DNA of 64,000 nucleotides from assembly GCA_012862495.1 (NCBI GenBank), contig BLSG01000090.1:1-64000 (forward strand). Direction: 5' to 3'. The notes under the pieces are model-generated. The model was not told where the DNA came from. It worked only from the letters and a program-made list of their open reading frames with translations, and ran no database searches. The position numbers and the translations under genes were made by a program. This stretch comes from Thraustochytrium aureum (Eukaryota). Shown here one piece after another: positions 22,701 to 34,864 of the stretch; within the stretch, counting starts at the first letter, position 1, and every line of letters starts with the position of its first letter.

Positions 22701-25700
22701 CTCGCAAGACGCTCCAGTTGAAGAAGACGAAGCTCCTGACGAATTACCTGCAGACGTCGGCGAGTTTGCAGACCTCCCGTGCCCCGAGTTTGATGAGTCA
22801 ATTCCTGGAGGGCGTGGACCCATCGAGCTGTCTGGCACTCGCTTCCTGCTCTTTGGAACCGGCAGCAAGCAGTCGAGCAAGTTGGCGAGCGCCTCCCTCG
22901 AGGTACGCAACAATTCAGACCAAGTCAAGACTGTGGCGTTGCTGATCTCCAAGCCGTTCTATGCGAGAAATCTGCCCAACTGCAAGGTTACGGTGGACCC
23001 CCACGACGTACTCGAGCTGGAACTCCGCATAGATCCGGATTCTGCTGTGGGCGCTCCGTTCGTGGGGTCAATAAGCGTACTCGAGCTGTCGGCACAAGGC
23101 AGGCCGACGCGGGTGCTGGCAGGAGCCCGACTCGAAGGCCTCAACGACACAATGGTGGCGCTTGCAGTCCAAAGCGGCTCTCTCGCCATGCATGGCTGCG
23201 TTGTTGGCAAAGCTGAGACGCGGACAATTACGATCGTCAACCAATCTGCGCGCGACATCACCGTCGCGGCCAGCATACAGCACGACGAAGCGACGTCTCC
23301 CTTCCTTTTCGAGCGGACCGGGCAGCTTGGCGAGAGCCTAGTGCTCGGACCGTGGCGGTCCGAACCGCTCCGTCTTGTGTTTTTGCCCCGTGTAAATGGC
23401 ACTAGCTCGGCCCCGCTCCAGATCAGCTTCGTGGATCCTTTCGCGCACGATAGCGGAGACGCGGAGCGCGATGGCGGAGCGCTGGGGCCAAACGCAGACC
23501 CTGCTATGGACTCTGGCGCGGAGAAAAGCGGCCCGAGCGATGAAGACGCTGTTGTCGAGGTTGCCCGACGCCGAGATTCCGCCTTGGTTTGGCTGAGCGC
23601 TTGCAACTGCATGCTGGAGGCGTCAGCGAGCAGCAGCGACGCGATCGAGCTCTTCCCCGACGAGATTATCGACTTTGGTGACGTCAGCGTTGGCCACCGC
23701 GTCAAGGCCGGCATCAAGATTCTCAACGTGTCCAGGCAGAACGTCTCGGTCCTTGCCTCTGTGCCTGCGCCGTTTCACCTTGAAAAGTCCTCGCGCTTCG
23801 TCCTCCCGAGGCTGACTCGGGATCAGCTTGCGCAGAGGCAGTCCGAGAGCGCCTTTGATGAGACCCTCTCAAGTGACGAGCGGGACGGCCAGCTTGACCC
23901 TACCCGGTCCGCACTCGTCCGTTCTGCTATCGGACTCCAACCCTCAACGAACACGGCGCTTGGCGAGTCCCTGTGGGTAACCTTTCACCCAAAGCGGGCC
24001 GGCACGTTCATGCGCTTCGTACAGCTAATCGTGGACAACGACTTCGCCCGGAGTAGAACAGTTGCGATGCGGGCACGCGGCGGCGTGTCGCGCTGCTCGT
24101 CCAACCATGGCGAACCCTTCCGGACAATTCACGCTCCACGACTCAAGGAGGCGCCGCAGCTTGAACCCCACGCCCGGCGCGGGCGTCCCATCTCCGATCA
24201 GGAGGTATCTTCCACAGCACTCGCGGCAGATGGCGAGGAGGCTGAACAACCTGTCGTTTTCGAGTCTGGCGACGTGGTTGACTTTGGCGTCATTGATGCA
24301 GGCCGCGGCGCGCCTCAAGTCCGCGAGCTTGTCGTCAGAAACACCGGGTCCCGGGCGTTGATTGTCAACAGCGTTCGGTGCAACTCGGAATACGTACAGT
24401 GGGCGCTGAAAGCCGAGCCGACAATCTCCGTTGCGGGCATCGAGCGGCCTGTGTTGGAGGAGGCGATTCGCGCAGCCGAGCTCGAAGCCGAGGTCAACTT
24501 GGGCTCGTGCCCTGGGCAACCGCCGCCGCCCGCGCCCTCATCGATGAGAGCGCTCAACATCGATGACGCACGTGCGGGTGAGTCCACGGTAGACTGGGAC
24601 GAGCTCGACTACGTTCTCTCCCGAGCGGTCGCGCAAAAGTCTGCCGCGCTCCGCGCACAAAACCGCGCCTCCTCGCCGGCCTCACCGCAAAGCAAGCGCA
24701 GTCATCGTGGTCGCTCCCGAAGGCGCTCTCGAACTGGCCTTGATACTTTGGAGAGCGTAGACTCTGGTGTCGAAGCGACAGACGCCGTCGCGGCGCTCGG
24801 GGAGCTGACTGCGCTTGCACAGGAGCGGTTTGCAGAGATGGAGCTCAACAACTTCCCTCTTGTCGTCGAGCGGGGCAAATCGCTTCGCCTTGCTGTCCGT
24901 CTGGAATATGGCCCAGACGCTGTTGGAGACCTCGCGGACGACATTTGCATTTCGTGCCAGGATGTCGGAGCTGCTGGCGACCTCATGTTTGTCTTCCGTG
25001 TCGTCGCTCGGTTTCAGCCCCCATTCGTGTGGTGGCTGAAGCCGCCGCGAGCGCGGATGGCGGAATCGACTTTGGCGTGGTTGGAATCGATAACGTTGTC
25101 TCGCGCAATATCGAGCTTCACAACCCGGGTCTTGTTCCGATGTTCTGGTCGCTTTCGCTGGTTGGCTTGGTGGGCGGGCCCATCAACGAAGAGCCGAGCG
25201 ACCCTTGCGGCTCGCTCGACAACGAACCTCGCACGAACAGCCCTGCCTTGCCGCTAGCAGGCTCCGCGAGAACAGTACTCTCCGCGGCCCCTCGAGCGGG
25301 GTGCGTCGAGCCCGGGCGCTCCCAAAAGGCAAAGCTAATTTTTGCCCCAAACGCGCAAGTGGCAGGCATGCGGATCAAAGCCGGCGTCCTTGTAAAGACG
25401 GGCCTTGCGCCGCGGGAGGCGGGGCCCCATGCAAAGCAGCTCGCAATCTCGCTATCGGCGTGCACTGGGCATGCCATTGTGCGCGCCAAGATCTTGGAGC
25501 CTGGCAATGAGGAAGGTTTAAAATCCAGTGAGATCAGGAAGAGAGCGTGCGACATTGCAAATGCAGCCGGCGATGTGAACGAGGCCGCGCACGTGAGGTT
25601 CGGGTCGATTAAAACAGGCACAAGCAAATCCGTGCGGCTGGCGCTGGTAAACTACGGCAACATGGGCGCTGCGTTTTCGGTGCAGTGTACGTCAAACCGA

Positions 25701-28700
25701 TTTGGCTTCTCCTTGCAGTCTGGTCAAATCGAACCGTACTCGTTCACCATCGTCGAAGTGTCTTTCCGGTCCGTGGATGACCGTCTCTGCCGCGAAGCAG
25801 CACACGTATTGTGGCACACCTCCGACGGTGGCCTTGATGGCGGTGGAGCGCTGAAAGGTGCACCATCAGATAGCGGCGAGTGCCGCGTTTATGATGAGCA
25901 GCTTCATCTGTCCGGTTCCGGAGGCCATCCACGCCTTGAAGTCTCTCAAGGCGACGTGGACTTCGGATGCGCAATCTTTCGATGCGACAACGAGGCCCCT
26001 CTCGTGCTCCGAAATCCGGGCACAGCAGAGAACCAGGTCGGGTTCAAGCTGCCTCGCAAGACGCTTCGAGTCCGCGATCAAAGCGGAAAGGAGGTCGCCC
26101 ATGTCGCAGTGCCGCCCAAATCCAGCGTTACGGTGTCTGTGGTGTTTTGCCCGCTTTCGCACCAGCCCTTGGAAGACACTATGATTGTGCAGAGCCTCCT
26201 CGACGCTGACGCAAAGTTCCATGTCGACCTTTTCGCTGACGTTGGCGAGCCGGAGCTCACTGTCACGCCCGAGCGAGCACTAGAGAATCTGGACTTTGAG
26301 GTGGCCCTAGTCAAGCAGACGCACGTGCGAACGTTTACTGTGACCAACATCGGCGACGTGGACCTGCCGTTTGAGTGCGTTTTTGTGCAGCCGACCCAGA
26401 CGGCCTGGGCGCGCGCAGAGGCTCGCGAAGCCCGCCACCAAGCGCAACTCGCCAAAGGCGAGAGCGACGGCGATGCCGGCTCCGGGGCCAAATACAGGAG
26501 CCTTCGGCGTGGCAGCCACAACCTCCGGGCAGCCGAGGAGGCCGCGCGTGACGCCAGGCGGCCACTCCGCGACCGCAAGTGGCTGACGACTTTTTCGCAA
26601 GAATCCGACTTTGAGGAGTTCCAGCCCAAGCGCCTTTCTGTCGAGCCGGCCGAGGGCGTTTTCGCGACTGGAGTTATGGTGCACTTCACCGTCTCTTTCG
26701 AGCCTGCCGAGCGCGGCGAGGAGTCTCGGGCCGTCCTCCTGATTCGCAACAAGTTCAAAACGGTGCGAGCCGAAATCAGAGGGGTCGGCGGGGACCCGCT
26801 CCTGGAGCTCGACACCCCGCTCAAGGTGATCGATTTCGGGCTTTGCCAGGCCGCGGAGGTATACGAGCGGACGGTCAACGTCCTGAATGCAGGCAACATC
26901 GCTTACGCGTTCGAAGTCCAAGCAGACCCAAATGACCAAACTCTCCGCTCCCTGATGCTTCAGGCTGGGTGGAACGGGGACCGGGGCGACCTCGCGGTCG
27001 GGGCGGACAGCAGGCTGAGCCAGCTCGAGCCCGATGGGCGACCAGCAGCCGCGATGCCCCGGTCTCCAGAACACGAATACCTGGAGCGTGCGCTCGGGCG
27101 CCTTGGATTCCGGGTCGAGACGGCAGGGGTCTGCCCAGCTCACGGGAGGGGCGAGATCAAGCTCCGCTTTCATGCGCCGAGCAGCTCCTCCCAGAGAGGC
27201 AATCTCAGAGACGAACCAGCGACGCTTTTTGAGGCTAAAATCAACCTGCGGCATGCCACGGGGTACGAGCAGCTCACGCTCCGCGCAAAGATTGGCTCGC
27301 CAAGGCTCGCCCTCTACGAGGCAGACAACTCGCCGTACATAGACCCGCTCCTTGACTTTGGTATTTGCGCGGTGAACCAGACGCACCGCCGCACGTTCCT
27401 GCTTCACAACGGGGGCCAGATCCCCGCTGTGTTCTACCTGAGGTGCAAGGTGCCTCGCGAGTTTACCGTGGCTCCAATGGCAGGTACGGTCGCGCCCGGG
27501 GAGTCCTTTCCTGTTGAAGTGTCATTCAGCCCCGACCTGAACTGCCGAACCGAGTGCTCGCTCCTGGTCGTGTACAACGCGGAAGATCGCCTCGAGCTGC
27601 CAATTGTGGGCGAGGGAGGCAGCGGCGTGCTCGAGCCAGAGTTTCTCTCGGAGCGCGACCAAAAGCTCAAAGGCCTTGACTTTCAGCTCGTGGCGACACG
27701 TGTGGTGATGGAGAAGAAGCTCTTGTTGCACAACAAAGGGCAGGTCCCGCTCCGCCTTGTCGCGGAATCAAGCTCGCCGTTCTACAGCTTGCAGAACATC
27801 AGCCCTAGCGACATCCAGCAAGGCATGGCCGGGTACAGCACAAGCCTATCGCTTCTCAAAGGCCAAGCAGAGCAGGTGAGCCGCCGGCACTCTCGCCTGA
27901 ACGGGTCCAACAAGTTGCTCCCCGCGGGAATAGAAGAGGAGGGGGACCCAACCAGTGGGGGCGGGGCGCGTCGCTTGCGGCGCCTGCAAAGCAAAAAGGC
28001 GGTCGGCCTCTCCTCGCTCATCGGAATGAGTGAGAGCGCTGTTGTGGAGTGCATGCTGGACCCTGGAGCTTTCGTTGTGCTTCGCGTCTTTCTCGCAGCC
28101 GAGCGCGAGATTATGTACACGGGACTGCTCAAGGTCCGTAGCGAGTTTGACTCTGTGTCCATCCCGTTGCGGGCCAGGGGCGGCGTGGTCAAGGTCAGCC
28201 ACGAGGGATCGCTGGACTTTGGCGCAATCGCTTGCGACCACACGTACACGCGCAAGATCACACTCACCAACCAGGGCTCGATTCCGACCTCGGTCGAAGT
28301 GTACTGGAAGATGAAGGCTGGGTCGCGAGAAGCAAGCGAGGTCGCCCGGTTCGAGGACGTGACTGCCACGGTTTTGCTCCGAGGTACGACCACGCGGCTC
28401 GGCCGCGTGCGCCTGTGGCACTGGGCCATCGACAACGTGCTCACCATGGTGCGCACATCTCGCGAGCAGCGGGTTCTGTCGAGCGCCGGCAACCAGGAGC
28501 GAGCGCGTCAGTCGCTTGCCAACGCCTCAGGGACAAGGCGAATCACGCAGGGCGCGAGAGGCTTGGGTGCCGCAGTCGGCGAAGGGAGCGCGCGTTGGCG
28601 CAGCCCCCCGCACGGTAGCGGTTTGGCCGAGATGGCCGGCGAGCGCGGCGCGGCGCTGTCGACCGGGCCACAAACTGCAGCGTCCACACTGGCCGCCGTC

Positions 28701-31700
28701 GGCGATCTGGTCGGCGCCAAGGTAGAGCGCATTTTGGAGCGCTTTCACCGCTACCAGGACGAGCAGCAGCGCCTCCAGCAGCAGCAGCTCGACAAGCTGG
28801 CGCGAAACGAAGTGAGCCGCGATGCAGTCGTGGCACAACGCAAACTACAGAGCTTTATCCAAATGGAGACGCTGCCGACCGCCACGCCAAAGGGGCGCGG
28901 TCGTCACGAGGAAAGCGCGCAAGAGATGAGTGAACGCGAATTGGAAAAGAGCGCCTTCTCGATCCCCACTCCATGCAACGCCAAAGACGGGGACTTTATC
29001 CCAGCGGATCTCCATGGATGTGACAGTCTCGTTCAACTGCTCGCGCTCTGGGGTGTTCGAAGCCACGCTCGTGGTGGCGTCTTCGCTGCCCGGCGTGCCA
29101 TTGTACGAGATTCCCGTGCGCGCGGTGCCCCAAGAGGTCCTCGTGACCGTTGATGACCCTGGAACGATCAACTTTGGGCGCCAAGCCTTGGGGGAGTTCA
29201 AGGTGATCCAGAGAACCTTTTTCAACAAGGGCCAGATGCCGGCAAAGTTTCGCGTCCGGAACCAGAACAACGACCTCTCCGCCGACCCGACGGAAGGCGA
29301 GCTCAAGCCGGGCGACTCTGTCCGTATTGACTTTGTATACACCCCAACGACCGAGTCCCTCTGCGCGCACCCTGTGTACTTTGAGACGAATTGCACCGCG
29401 CCTCTGGTGCTGGACGTGTACGCGGGTGGGGGCTACCCGCAGCTCGACCTGGACCACTTTGAGACCTTTGACTTTGGGCGATGCATGGTGGGCAAGTCGA
29501 TCCCAAAGCAGCTGCGGATCGGCAACTCGGGGAACGCTGTGCTGACTGTGACGGGGTTCCAGTTCCATGATCACCGGAATGGGTCCGCATTTGAAAAGGG
29601 CGAGCCGTGGCCGCACACGGTGGAGGCGCACAACCCGATCCGCATCCCTCCGTTGGAGAGCTTTCTGCTGCCGTTGCTGTTCCACCCGCACGCAGAGGAC
29701 AAGTTTGCTTGTGCATTTTCCATCCACACCGCTATTGGGTCGTACACAATCGATCTCACTGGGATGGGTCGCGAGGCGGTGCTCAGCTTGTCGGTGAACC
29801 GGGTCGAGTTCAGCGACTGCATTGTGGGGAACGCGTACCAGAACTGCTTTGAGGTCTCCAACGCGGGGGATCTCAACTACCCGCTCGAGGTGACTTTGGT
29901 GAATTTCGGCTCGGCAGCAGGCGCAGCAGGCGCTCGGACCGCGGGCGATTCCGGCGCCGCAGCTGCATCCCTCGCGCGCCGCTGGTCTGTGCTGGACGAC
30001 CTCAAGGTAGAGCCACGCGAGTTGCTAATCGCGCCGTTCGAAAAGCAGGTAATCACGGTCACGTACATCCCGAGCCGGCCCGTGGTAGAGCGCACCGACC
30101 ACGTCAGGATTGCCCTGACGTCCATATACTCGAGCTTTGACGTGCCCCTCAAGCTGGTGTCCGGCACTGCGGACCTTGTCGTGGAGCCGCGGCAATTTGA
30201 CTTTGGCCACTTCGAGCAGAGCAAGCCTGCCGAAAGCGTTGTGACGTTTGCCAACAACGGGTCGATGTCGTTTTCGTTTCGCATCAAGCGGGTTACAAGC
30301 GGGGCGTTTCCGTTCCGGCTCTCGCGGTGGGAGGCGACGCTGGCTCCGGGCGACTCGGTCCAGATTGTCGCTACGTACCTGCACCGGGGCGGCGGCCAGC
30401 TGGGCGAGAGGCGGCTCGAAGACGCGGCCGAGAGCGACCAAAGCAGCGCCGCCTCCGGCTCTGGCCCGCCCAGCCTCGGCGCCATCGCCGAGGAGCTCCT
30501 TGTGGAGACGGACCTCGTGGGCTCGATGACCCTGCTCAACTTGGTAGGGCTCTGTGACGCCTCCGTCCTTGACCCGAGCGAGTTTGGGCAGATTCGGCTC
30601 GGGCACTGCACAGTAGGCGAGACTGTCACGCGCACGGTTACAGTGACCAACTCGGGGGGGTTCCCCGCAGAGCTCAAGCTTCATCCGGGCTACCCGCTCA
30701 AGGTCGCACCGCGCTCGCTCTCCGTGGCGGGCCACTCGACGGCGAGTTTTACAGTGCAGTGGAAGCCTATGGGCGGCTACGAGCTGCGCGCTGTGGTCAA
30801 GATCAGCTCAAGCGCGGGCCAATTTGAGGCCAACGTGTGGGGCATGGGGGTCTACCCGCGCTTCAAGCTTGACGGAAACCGCATGGACTTTGGAGTTTGT
30901 GCGCCTGGTCAAACCTATGAGCGCAAGTTTACCATCCGCAACACCGGAAAAGTCCCAATGGAGTGGACGATTCCTGCAGTGGCGGATGGCTACTCGGTTT
31001 CGCAAGAGGCGGGCCTTCTTGGCGTGCGCGAGGAAGTCTGCCTCACGGTCTCGTTCCGCCCGCTGGATGTGGGCAAATACCCGGGCGACTTTATCGTCGA
31101 GTCGCGTGGGCGGTACAAAATTGTCAACGTGGTAGGCGCGGGCGGCGTCTTCGACGTGCGCGTTGTCGCTTCTCGTAGCAAACTGCCTGAGGGCGCGCTC
31201 GCAGCCGCGCAGCCGCTGGAGAAGGCCACACGAATGGACCTCGGAAACACTCCTTGCGGGACCTGGTCGCAAGCAACTTTCCAGCTGGAGAACCGCGGCG
31301 GCGTTCAAGCCGCTCTGCGTTGGAGCACCCTCGATGACGACTTTGACCCGGCTCGTGAGGGAGCGCCGCGCTTGCGACTCGCTGGACCAGACGCGCTCGC
31401 CAACGGCGGAACGCTGTTCCTCGCTCCGCGGGCTTTGGCAACCCTCTGCCTCCTTGTCCACCCTGGCTACGAGCCGCGCGAATTCACACTGTCCGCACAG
31501 CTGGAGTGCAAGGAGGCGACAATTCCAATCCAGGTCTGTGGGACGGGGTTCCTCCTCGCACTATCTCGGGACGCGCGCGCGCTCTTGGCGACGGAGACCC
31601 TTCCTCAGCTCGTTGTCCCAAATCCGCTCAAGCAAGACAGACAGAGCGAGCTTGGGAGCGCTTTCGCCCAAGGGCCAGGCGACCTCGTCGGGTGCGATAT

Positions 31701-31977
31701 GGCCGAGAACCCTGCTTTGCTCTCGACGCTTCGGCCCCAAGAGGTGTGGCCATCTGATGCGAGCTCCATGGAGCAGCTTCTGGCGGGCGAGCCTGACCTC
31801 GACTGGCAGAGACTCGACCACCTCTTGCTTCCGCCAGCCCCAGTTCTAAGTCGGGAGGCGTTTGCCTCGAGCGGTGGAGACGCTGAGCGCGACCCGCCGG
31901 GGCCTGTGATGGACCTTGTCGAGCAAGTCTCTTCCTCGGCACAACGATGGGCTTTGCCTCGTCGTCGCCCGGTCTGA
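19756..31977 (+). CDS. Giant (~4,000 aa) HYDIN/CFAP47-like protein with many ASH/MSP Ig-like domains; frameshifts near 25018 and 28960
   Basis: Chained ORFs 19549-25257, 24945-29153 and 28930-31977. Repeated [LI]DFG...[LI]xNxG...F.V.P..G.[LI].PG...V.F.P units throughout. Confidence 0.8.
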
Positions 31978-32543
31978 TCCGCTGTGGTGGCGGCTCGCAC
32001 CGAGTTGTGCCCGTCTCCACAGTGCCCGAGGCGGGGCCAGCCAGAGTCTGCCCCTAACTTGGTCAGATCGGNNNNNNNNNNNNNNNNNNNNNNNNNNNNN
32101 NNNNNNNNNNNNNNNNNNNNNNNNNNNNNNNNNNNNNNNNNNNNNNNNNNNNNNNNNNNNNNNNNNNNNNNNNNNNNNNNNNNNNNNNNNNNNNNNNNNN
32201 NNNNNNNNNNNNNNNNNNNNNNNNNNNNNNNNNNNNNNNNNNNNNNNNNNNNNNNNNNNNNNNNNNNNNNNNNNNNNNNNNNNNNNNNNNNNNNNNNNNN
32301 NNNNNNNNNNNNNNNNNNNNNNNNNNNNNNNNNNNNNNNNNNNNNNNNNNNNNNNNNNNNNNNNNNNNNNNNNNNNNNNNNNNNNNNNNNNNNNNNNNNN
32401 NNNNNNNNNNNNNNNNNNNNNNNNNNNNNNNNNNNNNNNNNNNNNNNNNNNNNNNNNNNNNNNNNNNNNNNNNNNNNNNNNNNNNNNNNNNNNNNNNNNN
32501 NNNNNNNNNNNNNNNNNNNNNNNNNNNNNNNNNNNNNNNNNNN

Positions 32544-33702
32544 AATCGGTTTCTGCCGAGAAGTCCTGCTCAATGCGGCAGACCTGGCCGCGCTTGATAC
32601 GACCGCTGTGGAGGCCGCTTTGCTGCGCAAGCAGGCGCTCCTCCTCGCGGAGGACGTCCTGGTCGGTCTCGGTCACGTCGGCGCGCGGCGCCGGAGTCTC
32701 GATGTAGGCGCTCTCGAGCCCGGAAACGAGGCCGACGATGCCCGCTCCTGCTGAGAAGACCATGGTCCGGAGCATCGACACCACGCCTGCAGCGGACTCC
32801 TCTGCATCGTGGTGAAACCGCTGCGAGGTCGAAAGCGCCCCAGACACCAGCGCTACGTACAGGATGGTCCAAGTAACATAAGCGCCGACAGCACCGGAGC
32901 CCGGCCGCGTCCAGCGCCTCGTGTCGAGCAGCTCCTCTGTTCGCGGGGCGTTGCACTCGAGTCGCAGGAAGCACAGCGTAAGGAGAAACGCAAAAAGCGT
33001 GTGCGAGGCCGTATACCAATGGCCTGAGATGAGCATGCACGAGGTAAACTGACGCTCGCGAAGCCAGAAGTGGAACGCGGATGTTGCTATCCACGTGATG
33101 CCGAGACAGGAGAGCATCGCAGGCAACAGCACAAACGCCCAGTCTCCCTCGCTGGGGAACCACGCTGGCCACTCCCGCCCGGCAGCGCGCAGCGCGATGG
33201 AAGCAAGCAAGAGTGGGAACAACGGAAGGACGGCGGCGAGGGCGCCGGAGCGAAACAGCACCGTGTTGGCGAACGGGCGGATCGCTCGATCGAGCGTGAC
33301 CCGCTGATTCTTGGCAAACTCGTGGGCCAACTTTCGGCTCACAGTGTCGTTGCGGATCCAATTCTCTGCTTCGACGAGGTTGCCTTGTTCGAACGCCGCA
33401 CGGCAGTTGGTCCGCGCCTCGATCTTGGCAGCGACGACGTCCTTGTGCGTCGCTTCGAGCATGCCAGGCAGCTTGAACATGTAGATCAGGACGCCGAGAA
33501 CAAGAAACCCCGCGACCAGCCCAGCGGTCGCAGCCAGCAAGACCTTCTTCCGCCGCACGAGGCCGTCGTCCGCCACTTTGCGCACGACGGCATCCAAGGG
33601 TTTGCTTTGCCGCTCCTTGCGCAGAAACGCGCGTGCGTTCAGCAGCACCGCGGTCGTCACGAGCAGTCCCAGAAACGGCTCGACCTCTTTCCAGGCGACC
33701 AT
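32544..33702 (-). CDS. Multi-pass membrane protein, possibly PAP2/FIT-superfamily; 3' end in gap
   Basis: About 7 hydrophobic helices, plus ISGHWY and STSQRFHH...G motifs resembling the two catalytic His motifs of FIT/PAP2 proteins. Confidence 0.45.
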
Positions 33703-34343
33703 CCTGGCCCGCCGCCCCCTTCAACCGGCCTCCTCCTTCCTCGCAGCCGACCGAAAACCAAGCCAAGGCCAACCCAGTCCGTTGCACTTCGCGTCAACGA
33801 GGCTTCGTCGGCCTCCAGCTCAGCGCAGCGCAGCGCAGCCCAGCTCTGCCGAGCCTGACCAGCTCCAGCTCCTCCAGCGCCTGCTTCTCCAGCTCCGAGT
33901 CCTGCAGCGCCGCCAGCCCGCCTGCCCTTCTTCTATGCCTCGAATCGGGTCTGCCGAGCATCGATCGGCCGATGCTTCGAGGATGACCTGGAGCTCCTCG
34001 GAGTACGAGTAAGTAGCCGAGTGATGAGGAAGTGGACGAGTTGAGTACCTTCTCTCCGTCAGTCCTCCGTTGACTTGGCGAGGCCTGCGAGGTCGGCGAT
34101 GCGATGCGCGTCCCACGGGGAGCATGTCCCGCACTCTCCGGGCATCCGCGGCGTTGCCGTCCTGCGCCGTCCGAGGACAACCAGCGCGTGGATCGACCGA
34201 TGGCGAAGGAAGGAAGAAGGCGCAGCCTTCTTGAACGTTCCGAGCTCCTGGACAGCCTGTCCTGTTCCTGCGGGCGTGGACAGCCTGGCTGCCTTGCTGG
34301 CCCCGCGCGCCGGGCTGGCCCTCGAGAGCTTGCGGTAGAGCTG

Positions 34344-34366
34344 GCTGCTGCTGCTGCTGCTGCTGC
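34344..34366 (-). repeat. (CAG)7 microsatellite
   Basis: (GCT)n on the + strand in a divergent intergenic region. Confidence 0.9.
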
Positions 34367-34864
34367 CAAGTGGCGCTCCACAGCGCCGGGAGGGCGGGAC
34401 GTGAGGGGCGGGAGGGAAGGAAGAACGGCGAAGGACGAGTTGCGCGGGCGCGATGCGCATCGGAGAAAGAGAGCCGTGCGCGGGCGGGCGCGGCGACCTG
34501 ATCAAGCCACGCGCGCAGCCGAACGCTCGACTGCCCTTGCTTGGAGCCCCTCGCGCGCGGCGCATGCGTCCTGCTGGCGGTTGGCAGGGCTGATTAACCT
34601 GGCCAAGTCATCTATATGAGAAAAGGGGAAGCGGCGATAAGGTTTGTGGGGTTTCATAGAGGTTTGAAAAACGGGCGGCGAGCAGAAGACGCGGCGCGGC
34701 AGAGCCGCAACGCGCAGGCGCTGGAGCGGCGCGAGGCGTCTGCGGAGCAAAGTGTCGAGCGAGTGACAGGCGCACGTCGGCGTCCGGCTGGGTGCCGTTT
34801 GTCGCTGCGAACGGGGCCTGTTGCCAGCCAGACCCGGCAGTTTGCGGCACGGTGGTCGCCAGGC

